Shown here piece after piece: positions 50,879 through 62,761 of a DNA stretch of 64,000 nucleotides (position 1 is the stretch's first letter; every line of letters begins with the position of its first letter). Below the pieces are notes generated by a model, which saw only the letters and a program-made list of their open reading frames with translations, made no database searches and was not told the origin of the DNA. The translations under genes and the position numbers were made by a program. The stretch spans positions 124,001 to 188,000 of the forward strand of contig QPGO01000051.1 of assembly GCA_008632985.1 (NCBI GenBank), given 5' to 3'. This stretch comes from Psammoneis japonica. Its lineage: Eukaryota.

Positions 50879-53030
50879 CTAACTAGATTCAGCATTCGCG
50901 GAGGAAGACGAGCTACTTCCTGATTCCTCATCATGGTTGTCAAGGCGACCGTTTTCTTCTCCGGGAGTGTCGTGGTCATTCTCGGAGCAACCGGTCGCGA
51001 CGTCTTCATTAGCGGCGCTCTCAGAGTCGTGTGCGGTGCGACGCACAACCTCGCGTTTAAGGCCCTGCGGTGCATCCGTGTCTGATCGAAGCAAGTATTT
51101 GTCAAGCAAGTCATGTGTGACGTCTGAGTCGAATGCAATGTCAAAACGAGACAGTACTTCCTTCACGATTTCCTCAACCAAGTGATACCTATCATTGACA
51201 CCTCCTTCGCGCACAATCGCACCTTCTTTCTTTAGGAGAGAGTAATCTGGATTGCCTATCAGCTTTTTGCTTTGATAACAACAAAGCAAACTAAGTCCCT
51301 GGCCAGCGCTTCCAGATTTTTCTTTTCGTTTGTATAAGGTATTCAACTCTCGTCGGCACCAAATGGATTTCAAAAAGTTTTCACTGATGATGACAAGACC
51401 CAGTTCACAACTATGTAGGCCGTGAGCGATCTCCTTTTTGACCTTGGCACACTTTGGAATGGACTTTTGGTCAAAAAAGGATGTGATACCCAATTCCTTC
51501 AAAATATAGTGCAACGGTTTAGCAAGATTGGGCTTTGTATCGTCTCCATAGTGGGAGATAAATACCCTCACCGCTTCATTTTCTGAACTATCGTTTGGGG
51601 ATTCAAACACTGCTGCTCTCCACCACTTGCGACTCCACTTTATGTAGATGAGAAGGAGCCCGAGAACCACAAGAAAGCCCACAGAGAGAGGAATTTGTTG
51701 ATGAAGAAAACGGTTCAACTGGTGGCGTCAAACAGTCTTCGTCAGAAAGGTCTAACACATTCACCTGTCCAGCGTTTTCTGACAGTTCTCCCAAACTGCG
51801 CATTGGTGCACCAACAATCAAACGATTGCCATCGCCCGACAGAGAAAGAGCGAATCCAAACTGCGCAAACTCAGCTTCAGCAACAAGATCGTTCCCATAT
51901 GTCCACCATTTCGAGGACTTGGACTTGAAAACCCGGACAAGTCCATGGGGCGCCAACGCAGTTGGTTCCCCTTTGAGGGGAAGCGCGTACAGCGGCGCCC
52001 CATATGCAATAGTGGACGCGTCCGCCGAAATGGCTACAGCCCAGCCAGCAACAGCACGATGCTGTGGACCATCTAATCTCGCTCCAACTAATTTCCACTC
52101 CGATTCATCCTCGTTTAAGCTATAGATCCAAATGTGTCCACTAGCATCCCCGTTTGCGTCGTTGGATCCGATTACGACAGTACTCCCATCGGCGGATAAC
52201 GAAACAGCATAGCCAAGCTGATCGCCAGGCAGTTCTCCGTAAATGTCTTGCCCAATCTGATTCCATGAAAAGGTGATATCGTCAAACCGAAACACTCGTA
52301 ACTGTCCTGTTCCGGTTCCACTTCTGCCATTGAATGGTGCTCCTACAGCGATTGTCGTGCCGTCGGCTGAAAGATCACAGGCGAACCCAGCCTGGTCATT
52401 AGTTGCCCCACCGTCAATGTCACTTCCCATCTGCCTGAGACTGTCCATGACTGAATCATACTTGAATACTCGTGCGTGACCTCCAGTGACAAACGATGCG
52501 GAGTTAAAAGGCGCACCAATAGAGATAATATTCCCGTCTTCTGATAATTTGATTGAGTAGCCGGATAAGTCCGCTTCACCTTCTCCCACAATGTCAACCC
52601 CAAGGTGCATCCAGGCAAGTCGATCCTCGTCAAAACGAAACACTCTCACGTATCCATTGCCGCTGTGGACACCGTCATTGATACCAAAGGTGAAGAGAGA
52701 GCCGGATGCCACAGTCGTACCGTCACCCGAAATGGCCACAGCAAACCCGAATCGATCACCTGCTTTGGAGCCTTCCAAATCTTCACCAAGCTGAATCCAC
52801 GTTTCATTATTTCTATCTAGAGAAAGCACTTGAACGTGCCCGCTCCAAGTTCCCGCATCTCCTTCATGCAGACGAGACCCTGTAATAATGGTTCTTCCAT
52901 CGTTGGAGATATCTACTGCGTATCCGTACTCGTCTGCCGGATTATCTCCATACAAATTCTGACCAACTTTCGACCAAGAACACGCCTCGTCTTCTTGTAG
53001 TAGCCGTGTGCCAGCAAATTCTTTAGGCAT
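50879..53030 (-). CDS. Putative FG-GAP (integrin-alpha-like) beta-propeller + TM + TIR receptor; 1-nt frameshift near 51697
   Basis: About 7 repeats of G..V.LS.DG....GAP.....G.V.V; TM segment IPLSVGFLVVLGLLLIYI followed by KWSRK; TIR motifs VFISH...FFDQKSI...VIISENFLKSIWCRREL. Confidence 0.8.
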
Positions 53031-53358
53031 TGTGATTGAATTTTGATGACGATACTAAAAGACAACTGCGATCATTTGATTGGACGCACACCAACCGTCG
53101 GAACTACTCTATGAAGCAATAATAAGATAGAGAGAAGAGGTCTGATCCGCGATTCGCGGATCGTGGATCGTGATGCGGTCAAAGTTGAAGTCCAGCCCGG
53201 TGGTCGCGGATCTGTAACGGCCACGACTCCGAATGAAGGTGCGTCGACGCGATCCAATCCAAAAAAAAGGAAAGATCGCGCGACCTTTCTTGGCCATCAC
53301 TTTTTTTTGTTCTTCTTTCATGCGCTGGACGAATACATTTTAACAATTCGCATTGACA

Positions 53359-55342
53359 ATGGCTGGTTCTTCTGTTGGAAAGTCGAGTACCTTGACGTAT
53401 GCCTTGGCAGCATGGGGAGGTATAGCTGCCACCACATTTGTTACCCGGTGGTACAAGCGCAGGTCAAGTCGGGCACGGGAAAGAGACGTTGCCCAGCAAA
53501 TGGGCTTGATGCCAGAGGTAGTAAATGCTGTAGATGCGCTCGCGTGGAGAGCAATTCATACACCAGACGCACTTGCTCTGGAGGCCGCTGATGGTGCATC
53601 GTATTCGTGGAAGGAATACAATGAGCAAGTGCAGCAGTTTGCTCGAGCCTTGTTGGCGACCAACTCCAGCGAGAGCAACGAACAAGCTGGTGTTGCTGTT
53701 CACGCCTTTAACGAACCTCGTTGGTTCTTTTCTGCGGTTGGAGCCTTGGCAGCTGAATGGACAATCTCTGGCATATACCTGACCAACTCGTATGCTCAAG
53801 CCGCTCACGTCTTGAAAACATCCCAAGTCAAGGTTTTGGTGCTGGAGTCGGAAGCCTTGCTCAGCACCACATACTCAACGGTTTTGGAGGATTTTCCGAA
53901 CTTGACGGTTGTTCTGCTGCAAGGTGGACAAGCAGTTCAAGGACGAGTATTCTCGTATGAAGCTTTCCTGGAACAAGGAAAGACTGCAAGTGTCTCGTTG
54001 CCTGAATCCCAAAGAGATTTCGCCCTCGACGGTAACCTCGCTTGTCTACACCTCGGGCACGACGGGCAATCCAAAGGCTGTAGAATTGACAAACGAGAAC
54101 GTTCGTTCCGTTTGTGCCATGATGCATGCTCGTATTCCTCTCTCCAAAAAGACAAAGGTGGTGTCGTACTTGCCCCTCAGTCACATTGCAGCCATGGGTA
54201 TTGACATTTACTCTACCCTCTTTTGCGGAGCTAGCGTTCATTTTGCCGATTCCAACGCACTCAAGGGGAGTCTCAAGGATACTCTTTTAAAGGTTCGACC
54301 GACTCTCTTCTTTGGTTGTCCCCCGAGTCTGGGAGAAGATGGCAACCGCCATGCAAACAGCGGCTGCCAAGTCATATGCCAAACCAGTGTCTGGCAAGAT
54401 TCTGAAATCCATTGGAACCGCGGCCAAGACGGTGGGAAAGGCCTGGTGGAGCGCCGATACACCCGAGTGGATGCGCTGTACCCTATTGGTAATTCCCTTT
54501 GGATTCTTCAAGATTCTGCGTACAGAAAAGTCCGAAAGGCCTGTGGGTTGGACCGTTGCGAACTCTTGTACACGGGTGCGGCACCCTTGTCGCCCGACAC
54601 ACTGTGGTATCTCCGCTCGCTAGACATGCCGCTCCTAGAAGTATTTGGCATGTCGGAATCGACGGGAGCCATTGCGGTTTGTGGTCCCTTGGATTGCAGT
54701 AGGCCTATTGGGGCTTGTGGAAAAGCATTACCAATGGGAGAATTGGTAATTGCTCCTGAAGATGGCGAGATTTTGTGGAAGGGATAAAACAATATGGTTG
54801 GATACAAGGGGCTGCCTGCCGCTACGACTGCTGCTCTTGATCCAGACAAGGGCTACTTGCACACGGGAGATTTGGGAAGGGTTGACGAGTCAGGTTATCT
54901 ATTCATTACTGGGCGCAAGAAAGACATTATCATTACAGCCGGCGGAGAAAACGTAGCGCCAAGTCCGATTGAAGAAACCATCATGTCGCTGCTGGGCGGG
55001 TCCGCTGGCCATGTTGTGCTAATCGGAGACCAGCGTAAGTTCTTGTCGATTCTGATTGCTCCTACAGAATCAGGGGACATTCCCACCGAAGATCAGGTAG
55101 CACAAGCCATGAAGGAGTACAATGAAAACCATGCCAAATCTCGCGCCCAACGTGTCCAAAAGGCTCACTGTTTGGAGTTTCCTTTGGACGTTTCAACGGG
55201 AGAACTGACTCCAACCATGAAGCTGAAGCGCCCCGTTGTCATGCAAAAGTTCTTGAAGGAAATCGACGCAATGTATAAAGAGGGAGGAAAGCTTATTGGA
55301 TACTCCAGTATGAATATCGGGGCAATTTCGTCGGCACTCTAA
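53359..55342 (+). pseudogene. Long-chain acyl-CoA synthetase (ACSBG-like) with 3 frameshifts and 1 in-frame stop (pseudogene or assembly error)
   Basis: YTSGTTGNPK, SYLPLSHIAA, VPRVWEK, FGMSES, LHTGDLG, GRKKDIIITAGGENVAP, ELTPTMKLKR. Lesions near 54010, 54316 and 54518, plus TAA at 54785-54787. Confidence 0.85.
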
Positions 55343-55473
55343 GAGTCTTCGGTCTGGTTTCAGTGTTGAGTATCGCCTTCAACTGCAGAATAATTTTAAA
55401 ACTTGTCTGAGCATCGCCTTCAACTGCAGAATAACTTTAAACTTGTCTGTCGGTACAACTCGAAATTGCGTCT

Positions 55474-56088
55474 CTATCGTGGACTTCTGGCTGGTCTCTT
55501 TCTTCGATTTGTAGAGTTCTCGGGCAATTGTCCTGTCACATGCGCCTTCTTTCTCAACATTGGTGCTAATCCCCCGTAGTGAACGAAGAACATACGCCAG
55601 TGAAACGCAGCATCCGTCTTGCCCTGCAGCCATTGTCGAAAGGACGGGCACCGCTTTGATTCCTCCACAACTTCTGCTGTCAAACCCAGCCACTCTCGAC
55701 ACGCTCTACGAAATTCCATTTCTTCGTGGTCTGTAATTCCATAATCCACATCCTCATGGAAAGTCTTGTACTTTAATTCTTGTTGCTGCAAACACTCGTA
55801 TGCTTCCGTCACAAGACGAAATTGCTTGGCTGCATCAATTCTGTTCTTTTCCGACTTTTCGCCGTTTGACGTTTTAGCCAAGACATCGGGGTGGCTCTTT
55901 TTGGCAGCCATGAGGTATGCCGTTCTCAACTGTTTAGGTGTGAACTTTTCCACATCCGTTAGGCCAAGAACCTGTTTGGCAGAACTTGTCGTAATGGCAC
56001 GACGCCGTAGCGATAGACAAACATCATGCCTGCTTATGAAACTCCTCCTTAGTGACAGTGCGCATATGCTTGCATAGGCGTTCATCAT
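55474..56088 (-). CDS. DnaJ-domain protein, probably mitochondrial
   Basis: VLGL...LRTAYLMAAKKSHPD...FRLVTEAYECL; Arg/Ser-rich presequence. Confidence 0.85.
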   Translation of the reverse strand: MMNAYASICALSLRRSFISRHDVCLSLRRRAITTSSAKQVLGLTDVEKFTPKQLRTAYLMAAKKSHPDVLAKTSNGEKSEKNRIDAAKQFRLVTEAYECLQQQELKYKTFHEDVDYGITDHEEMEFRRACREWLGLTAEVVEESKRCPSFRQWLQGKTDAAFHWRMFFVHYGGLAPMLRKKAHVTGQLPENSTNRRKRPARSPR

Positions 56089-57533
56089 TTACCATAGAAG
56101 TATCTGTGTTTTGAGTGGCTATGCTGTATGCTTCTCTACCCTCATGGTCGAGTCAGAATAATTAGTGAGAGATCCAGATCTCAGATCGATCGCTGAGTAA
56201 TCGTCACCGTGTCAGCGCGCGTTCCGCCGGCGGACGGACGGGCTTACTACTTCTAATCTAACTTCTACTACTCGCTACAGTAAGAGAGCTAGAGAGTCCA
56301 ACTATACACATGGTGAGAATCTCTACTCTAGACTTTGGGATTTGGATCGCCACCAGCTACATATAGCATGGCTTTCGGGCTGGCATACAGGAGAAGTCTT
56401 AAAGAGCGATAGTACTGGAGAAATCGGCATTTGTTTATTTTCGTTCTCTACTAGGGACCCTACTCTTTCGACACTAATCGGAGGCATGCTTTATCTTTTC
56501 GAATGCTATACTCGAGGGCGTCTATTTCCAATCATCTAGACAAAGAGACACTACAGTACCATAATGAAACATACATTTTGGAGCCAATGACAACAATAAC
56601 CTATGGGGTACTTTCAGGTGTTTTCTTACGACTATAACTTGAGATCAAAGGAAATCCCGGACGACTGAACACACCATGAGACTGTCACCTCTCTATTGGA
56701 ACTGTTGGAGATCGGTGGCAAGCTCACAGAAATCCAATAAGTCGCAATGATGATGCATGTAGCGATCGTGGCGAGAGGCTTGCAAGCTGTAGGCTGTGCT
56801 GCAGAATTCCGCTTGATGACTCTTGATTTGAACACCCAACCGCTCACACAAAGCAATGCTGCGTTAGGCTTTTTCCGAATAGTCACGCTTGTGGTGCTTC
56901 TTGATATGAGGCCTCGAAACGCCAGATGTTGTTCTGATTGGCTGTTTGTTCTGAGGAAAGGTGTCTTTTTCGTCATGAGGAACATCAATGGGCCACTGAG
57001 TCTCTGTTGTTACTGTCGGCTGAATCAAATCGGGCCGAAGTACTGCACTTCCGAGAATAAAACCCAGCACGATTTGAACCACATTTGCCACCATCTTTTC
57101 GTTTTCGACAAGAAAAGAATACCCTCTCTTATTCTCATTGGTCATTGGGAAATAATGAGAAAGGACGAGAACAGAACTCGGCGCCATCTGCGCGCTTCTT
57201 CGCGTGTTGTCGACTGCGTTTTTTGTCTGTCATGTCCGTGTGTCTTTGTTGCGTGGTTTGCCGAAGTGGAAGAATCGCGACCCGAGATGACCATGGCGAA
57301 GAGGCATGTGGCAACAATGGAGGCATCCCAATTTTTTCTATATCACTGCCCAAACCATTGTTAAATGAACAAGTGGATACTTGCACAAAGAGAAGACACA
57401 AAGCTAACTGCATTTGGCAACTAATTCAAATTATTCCTGATGTAACAGTGAGGAGAGAAATCCGCATTTTTCGTCGCAAATACTGCTTGCACTTCACGGC
57501 TGCTTGCCCGTTCTCGATTCAATAGTCCGGTCA

Positions 57534-58601
57534 TCATTTATAACTCTTCACCGGATCAAAAGTTTGCACATGCCGTTGACAAGTCCATTCTGCGGCATGG
57601 CACTTGATTACCAACGTATCAGGTTTCTCCTTGTCTACTTGCATCCGATGCAAACCATTCAACGATTTTTCCAAATAATTCTCCACAGATACCAGAGGCA
57701 AAGGTGGCATCATCATTGTACTCGTCACGTGTCCCACTTCTACCTTTTCAGTTACGATATTCTTGTCCACCAACATAGATGAGGAAGACGGCGTGACAGT
57801 TGTCAACTTTGTTCGGAAGGTATTGAAAACCTTCAATTCCAAGTCGTACTCAAGCATCAGCGCTCGTTCCTCCTTAGCGCCCTGAGGGGATGGCTTGTGT
57901 ACGACAAGGTGCACCTCCTGCTGTTTTGGCAGAGCGAATTTAACGAAACCGCCACCGCTAAACGCTGTCATTCGCAATGCGCTCGTCATGATATAATCGC
58001 CGACAAATGGATTTGTTCTTGTCGGTTCCTGTCTTTCCACAACATTGGGAATCGATTTCGGTGCACTATAGTGACACACAATATGCCCATCGACTTGAAT
58101 GCAAGGTAAATACACGGCGTTATCCACAGTGACATCAAACCCCGAACCCAAACATCGTCCGTTCAAGTAGTACACGACGTTCAGGCGACGTTTGCCATTG
58201 TCTTCCTTGTCCAATATACAGCATACGCCTACGGTGTCACCTGTCGCTGGTAGATCACTGAAGCCGACAAGCAAGCGAACCATTCCGTTTGTAAGTCCGC
58301 CGTTGTACAACAGACCCCTGATTCGAAAGCCAGGAGCAAATTCCTCTGGGTCGCACACTCCGACTGCTAAAGTTCCAGTCAATTCTTCGATCGACAGTTC
58401 GAAATACGATACCGTTTTTTCAGTAGTGCTAGTCTCAGCGACAGCGTTCTCGGATGGCTTTAGAATGAGATTGACTGGCGTCCCCTTCTGATTGGACGAT
58501 GCTTCCAGCGAAGAGGATGAGGCCGAGATCAACGACGAATCTGCCGAACCGTCAGAGGTCCATTCGGCTGCATTCACCGTGGTGAAGAAAGAGTTACTCA
58601 T
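57534..58601 (-). CDS. SPRY-domain protein with possible C-terminal META-like domain
   Basis: YFELSI...LAVGV...GDTVGV...YYLNGRCLG (SPRY); VTSTMMMPP...VENYLEKSL (META/HslJ-like). Confidence 0.7.
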   Translation of the reverse strand: MSNSFFTTVNAAEWTSDGSADSSLISASSSSLEASSNQKGTPVNLILKPSENAVAETSTTEKTVSYFELSIEELTGTLAVGVCDPEEFAPGFRIRGLLYNGGLTNGMVRLLVGFSDLPATGDTVGVCCILDKEDNGKRRLNVVYYLNGRCLGSGFDVTVDNAVYLPCIQVDGHIVCHYSAPKSIPNVVERQEPTRTNPFVGDYIMTSALRMTAFSGGGFVKFALPKQQEVHLVVHKPSPQGAKEERALMLEYDLELKVFNTFRTKLTTVTPSSSSMLVDKNIVTEKVEVGHVTSTMMMPPLPLVSVENYLEKSLNGLHRMQVDKEKPDTLVIKCHAAEWTCQRHVQTFDPVKSYK

Positions 58602-59650
58602 TATCTTCTAATTTATGGAGAGGAACAATATTCTTTCGCAACAGCTTGAGAGTTATGGTAGAACCATCGACCATCGATGCGTCTCCACGCACAGAAAAAA
58701 TGGAAAATGAGACGGAAGGGGAATAAAATCGAACACAATGAATGAGAGACGGAGAAGTGTTGGCGCAGTCGTGGAATGAAAAATTTCAAAATCGCGTAGA
58801 AACTGTACCAGTTCCAACGTTGCAATGTCCGTTGAATATATATATTCAAGGCATTAACGGTTTAAAGTAGCGCGACCAACCTGCGTTGCACGATTGAGCG
58901 TCGCTGCTTTTTAGTAGGGCCCTACCGGTAACAAGTAACACTCCGTCGCTCACTTTCTCTATCTCCGTGCCTACTCACAATATGATGTTCCCCGACATTT
59001 TCGCAGAGGGAAAAAACTACAATAAGAGCTGGAATTATCCTTCGGCTTCTAATTTCTCCTCGGAGCTTCAACACGTCATGAGAAGGAAGAATCGCAAAGC
59101 AAATGGTCCTCCAAGAAGTGAAGTCGTGCCAAATATGGCATGTGCTAGTCAAAAGGCCTGCATGGAGGAGCATAAAGCTAACTTGTAAATACGAGATCAT
59201 CGGCGCCACCCTCATAGACAAGGAATTTCAGTGACAAACCAGGAGTGTACAATGTTTCAGCGTTTGTGCGCTTATGGCGGCGTCAACGATTTGTCCTACT
59301 GCGCGACCAGCCACAGTGGAGATGCGCGGGAATCAACGACGCTATCCTTGATAAGCAGTTATTGCGTTCTGATCAAGGTCTAGTTCAACCGAAAGTAGGT
59401 TTAAATATGGGGCTAGAACTGCGTTTCATTCAGACGACACAATCCTTGACAATCGTGTTCTTGCGAGTAGCTTGCTTGCTGAATTGCAGACTCTAGCGTG
59501 CGACAAATCTATCAGGTATAATTTCCATTTTGACCGTTGTAAGGCTCTTGGTAATCAATTTGTCCAATCGGCATATGGCCAGTTCGGGGATTATCATGTT
59601 TTCCAAAAAGGGCACGACACGGCATTGTGATGAATCGCAACACGTGACCA

Positions 59651-62056
59651 CTAGACACAACTGCCACTCGACATATACTGCATAAATAATGGAAACCAAA
59701 AGGTGAGATGAGTGTGCAATGAAAAAATGGACATTCGAACACTAGTAGCAGAGAACCACGTTTCGGGCTTGCAAAGTACGCACCTTGCATAAATGCCATC
59801 TGGGAATTCCTGCATTTGATAGGCTGTAAAAATCATTCCTCCAAAGGCAATCAATATCCACAGCCCCAAGCCTATACCGGCCGCCTCGCGTTCTTCTTCT
59901 CGAATAAGGATCTCTTCCATTTCCAACTCAAACTCAGGATCGCACAAGGCCTGTGTCGACTTTGATGGAGAGACACCCGACTTTCTAGACAGAAAATCCA
60001 CCATTACTGTACAGAACGCTTGGGCATCATTGACTTGTCCCTGTAGCATGGTCAAAATCTCTTCATGTCGCTTGTCTCCGCCGTCGTTGTCGTCAAACTG
60101 CAACTCTCCAAACCGCTGTAAAATATTGTCCATCGATCGAACTCCTTGCGCATGTGCCTTGTACAAGTATTCAAGCAAGGCCATATTGTCGTGACTTGCA
60201 AGCTTGTGGCCCCAGCCGACATGATGGAAAAAGAGCAACACTTCTTCCGGACATGTCGTTGACTTGTCCAAGGTGCTGGCTATCGTAGGATCATATTGTC
60301 CCACAAACCCACTGCCGGTAGACATGGTACGATCGTAACCAATTCCGTCACTGCCAGCATGAAGATACAAATCATTCTGTCCACTTGGATCGGCTTGGAG
60401 CGGATCATTGTTTGAAACACATGGCCCCATGCCGAGTGGACAGGTATAATTCTCGTACACCTCCCACGACGTGAGCATCATGTTGAGCAACTCCACTCGA
60501 GTGTTCTCTTCCCATCCAAAGGTCATCATGATCCATTCATCTAAAACTTGCTCGGCCGTCAAGTATGGATCCCATGCCATGCGTCCCCACGCGTACGCGT
60601 TGGCCATGCCCAGGATGCTGCCGCCCGACCAACACGAGGAGTTTTGAAAGTTGCCAATACCCGCAATGCCAGACGATACCAAACCTCGCAAAGTGACATT
60701 GTCGCTCGACAAGGAAAAGTGTGAGAGAGCATACTCCCATTGAGACGCGAGGGCTACAAGAGCCTTGTCTTGACCAAGATATTTTTGGGAAGTGTCCAAT
60801 TCAAGCATTATATTGGTCTCTGCCATGCTGGTAAAGAGCGGCGACGGTACTTGTCGTACGTTTCGACGTCCACTCTGTACTTGCAAAATGACATTGTCAT
60901 CAAATTCGCCATCAAAGGGAGCAAGCACCGACTCGTGTACTTGAATGGCACGATCTTGAGTGGCCACTCTCCAAATTAACGTCCCGTTGAAGGGTTGCAA
61001 GGCTCGAGCCAACATGTTGGCACTGACGCTATGGTTTCTCCCGTGCGTGTCCGTCTCGGAATCAATCACGAAACCCCGAAAGGTTGGTACACGTCGACTT
61101 AGATTACCCACAGTGGTCTTCCACCAATTTAACACTTGCCCATCCATTGGATCGGCTGAATTCAACTGTTGCAGGTGCATGGGAGAATCAAAGCACGGTG
61201 CCAAGTAGAGTCCAATACCCCATTCACCAAATAGTTTTGCCAACTCGGCCACTTTGGAAAGCATGGTTGTATTGAGCAATCCCTTGTTGGTTGCAGAACA
61301 CGCATCTACAACATTGCCAATCGATATTCCGTTGCACCCCACCGACGCCAAGAGCCTCGCATAATCCTGATACCGTTGATTGGAAACGTCCGGCAACTGT
61401 TGCCAATCAAACACGGATCCTCCTCCTAAATTAGTCGTGCCATTTAGATTATCCCACGCATTCCAAATTCGTAAATTCGTTTTTGGTTCACTATCAAATT
61501 CCACAAGAGTATGATTGTAATCGTTATTGATTTCACCCGGATGTGTCTGTAGATACCGCAACAAGCCAAAGACTCCCTGCAACAATCCCTCTTCTGTCGT
61601 GGCATGAATAATCGTCTTGAAGGTACACGTTGGTTCATCGACATTGGAACATCCCGCCACATTGGTCTTGATGCGGTATCCGGCATAATCGTCGTGTGGT
61701 TTGATTTCTAAAATGAGTCCGTGTTCTCCACCTCCTCGTCGACACGCTGCCGAAAAGTAATTGCGAATTTGTTCCGGTTTGATTCCAAACAAACCAAACA
61801 AACCACGGTACCATTCGCTCTGGAGTGAATCGAGAAGAACCGAGTCTTGCAACGATTGTGGCATGCAAAGAGCCGACCAACGCCTTGTCTGAACTTGATG
61901 GTATGTTTCATCGCCAATCGAACGATACCGTAACCATCCCTGATCGTAGTAGTAGTGAGGCTGCTGTTGTTGTTGTTGATCCTGACTACTAGCAGAGAAT
62001 GGAGTAGTAGTAGCAATCAATAAGAATAAGGCAGTGTAGAGTCGTAGACAAGTCAT
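59651..62056 (-). CDS. GH67 alpha-glucuronidase-like protein with signal peptide and C-terminal TM helix
   Basis: WLRY, WDNL.G, RYQDYARLLASVG.NG, ANMLARALQPFNG..IWR, ANAYAWGRMAWDP, YENYT.PLG, GIGYDRT..GSG, CPEEVLLFFHH. The extreme C-terminus may be spliced. Confidence 0.9.
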   Translation of the reverse strand: MTCLRLYTALFLLIATTTPFSASSQDQQQQQQPHYYYDQGWLRYRSIGDETYHQVQTRRWSALCMPQSLQDSVLLDSLQSEWYRGLFGLFGIKPEQIRNYFSAACRRGGGEHGLILEIKPHDDYAGYRIKTNVAGCSNVDEPTCTFKTIIHATTEEGLLQGVFGLLRYLQTHPGEINNDYNHTLVEFDSEPKTNLRIWNAWDNLNGTTNLGGGSVFDWQQLPDVSNQRYQDYARLLASVGCNGISIGNVVDACSATNKGLLNTTMLSKVAELAKLFGEWGIGLYLAPCFDSPMHLQQLNSADPMDGQVLNWWKTTVGNLSRRVPTFRGFVIDSETDTHGRNHSVSANMLARALQPFNGTLIWRVATQDRAIQVHESVLAPFDGEFDDNVILQVQSGRRNVRQVPSPLFTSMAETNIMLELDTSQKYLGQDKALVALASQWEYALSHFSLSSDNVTLRGLVSSGIAGIGNFQNSSCWSGGSILGMANAYAWGRMAWDPYLTAEQVLDEWIMMTFGWEENTRVELLNMMLTSWEVYENYTCPLGMGPCVSNNDPLQADPSGQNDLYLHAGSDGIGYDRTMSTGSGFVGQYDPTIASTLDKSTTCPEEVLLFFHHVGWGHKLASHDNMALLEYLYKAHAQGVRSMDNILQRFGELQFDDNDGGDKRHEEILTMLQGQVNDAQAFCTVMVDFLSRKSGVSPSKSTQALCDPEFELEMEEILIREEEREAAGIGLGLWILIAFGGMIFTAYQMQEFPDGIYARCVLCKPETWFSATSVRMSIFSLHTHLTFWFPLFMQYMSSGSCV

Positions 62057-62358
62057 GGTCGATCGATAGATAGGTGTGCAATGGCCGCCGCTAGTTCAAC
62101 ATACTCTCATTGTGGCATTTTGCTCTCAACGGTCACGCACAAAAATCTTCGCAGACACTTTCGTTCGAGGCGCCGCGTCTGTCCATCGACTACATGATGT
62201 GAGAGCACTGAAGCCTGATTTCCAAAACTGATGAAACTGACGGAACGATGACAATGACGACGGGAACTTACAATAGCCTCTACTGACATACCGTAATCAT
62301 GATACTAGCTCGCCAAAGCGCAATCCATCGTCGTCGTTATTTCAGCTGTCCTTGTTTG

Positions 62359-62652
62359 ATGTCAGTGTTTGACTCACAGCAGCAGCAAGAAACAACAAAA
62401 AGACGGCGGCGGCGGCACATTCATGCCACCACAAAGCAAGAAATTCTTCCCCTCGTGGGTGCTGTTGTGGTGGGTGGAATGGGCTACGTGGCGTACAAAA
62501 AATTCAAGGGACAAGGTGTTTTACCAGACGAAGCCGTCAAGGCACAAGAAGCATACAAGCAACAGCAAGAAAGAATACAACAACAGCAGCAGCAGCAATC
62601 TCATGATGCTGCTGGCAAGAAGAAGGGAGAAACAGACTCCAACAAACAATAA
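62359..62652 (+). CDS. Small single-pass membrane protein
   Basis: ILPLVGAVVVGGMGYVAYKK TM segment plus poly-Q tail; start uncertain. Confidence 0.5.
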   Translation: MSVFDSQQQQETTKRRRRRHIHATTKQEILPLVGAVVVGGMGYVAYKKFKGQGVLPDEAVKAQEAYKQQQERIQQQQQQQSHDAAGKKKGETDSNKQ

Positions 62653-62761
62653 TAAGAATCACACATGAGAATAGCATAAGACCCACTATTGTCGCAACTA
62701 TTGTATCCTCAAATCATACCAAAAATACCACACAAAATCCATATCAATATCATAAAAACTA

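Noticed and set aside
41993..54787. In-frame TAA/TAG as stop-codon reassignment
   Set aside because: Other genes end normally in TAA/TAG, and two of the three affected loci also carry frameshifts.
56632..57525. Overlapping ORFs of 90-205 aa
   Set aside because: No recognisable motif, and a coding frame could not be chosen.
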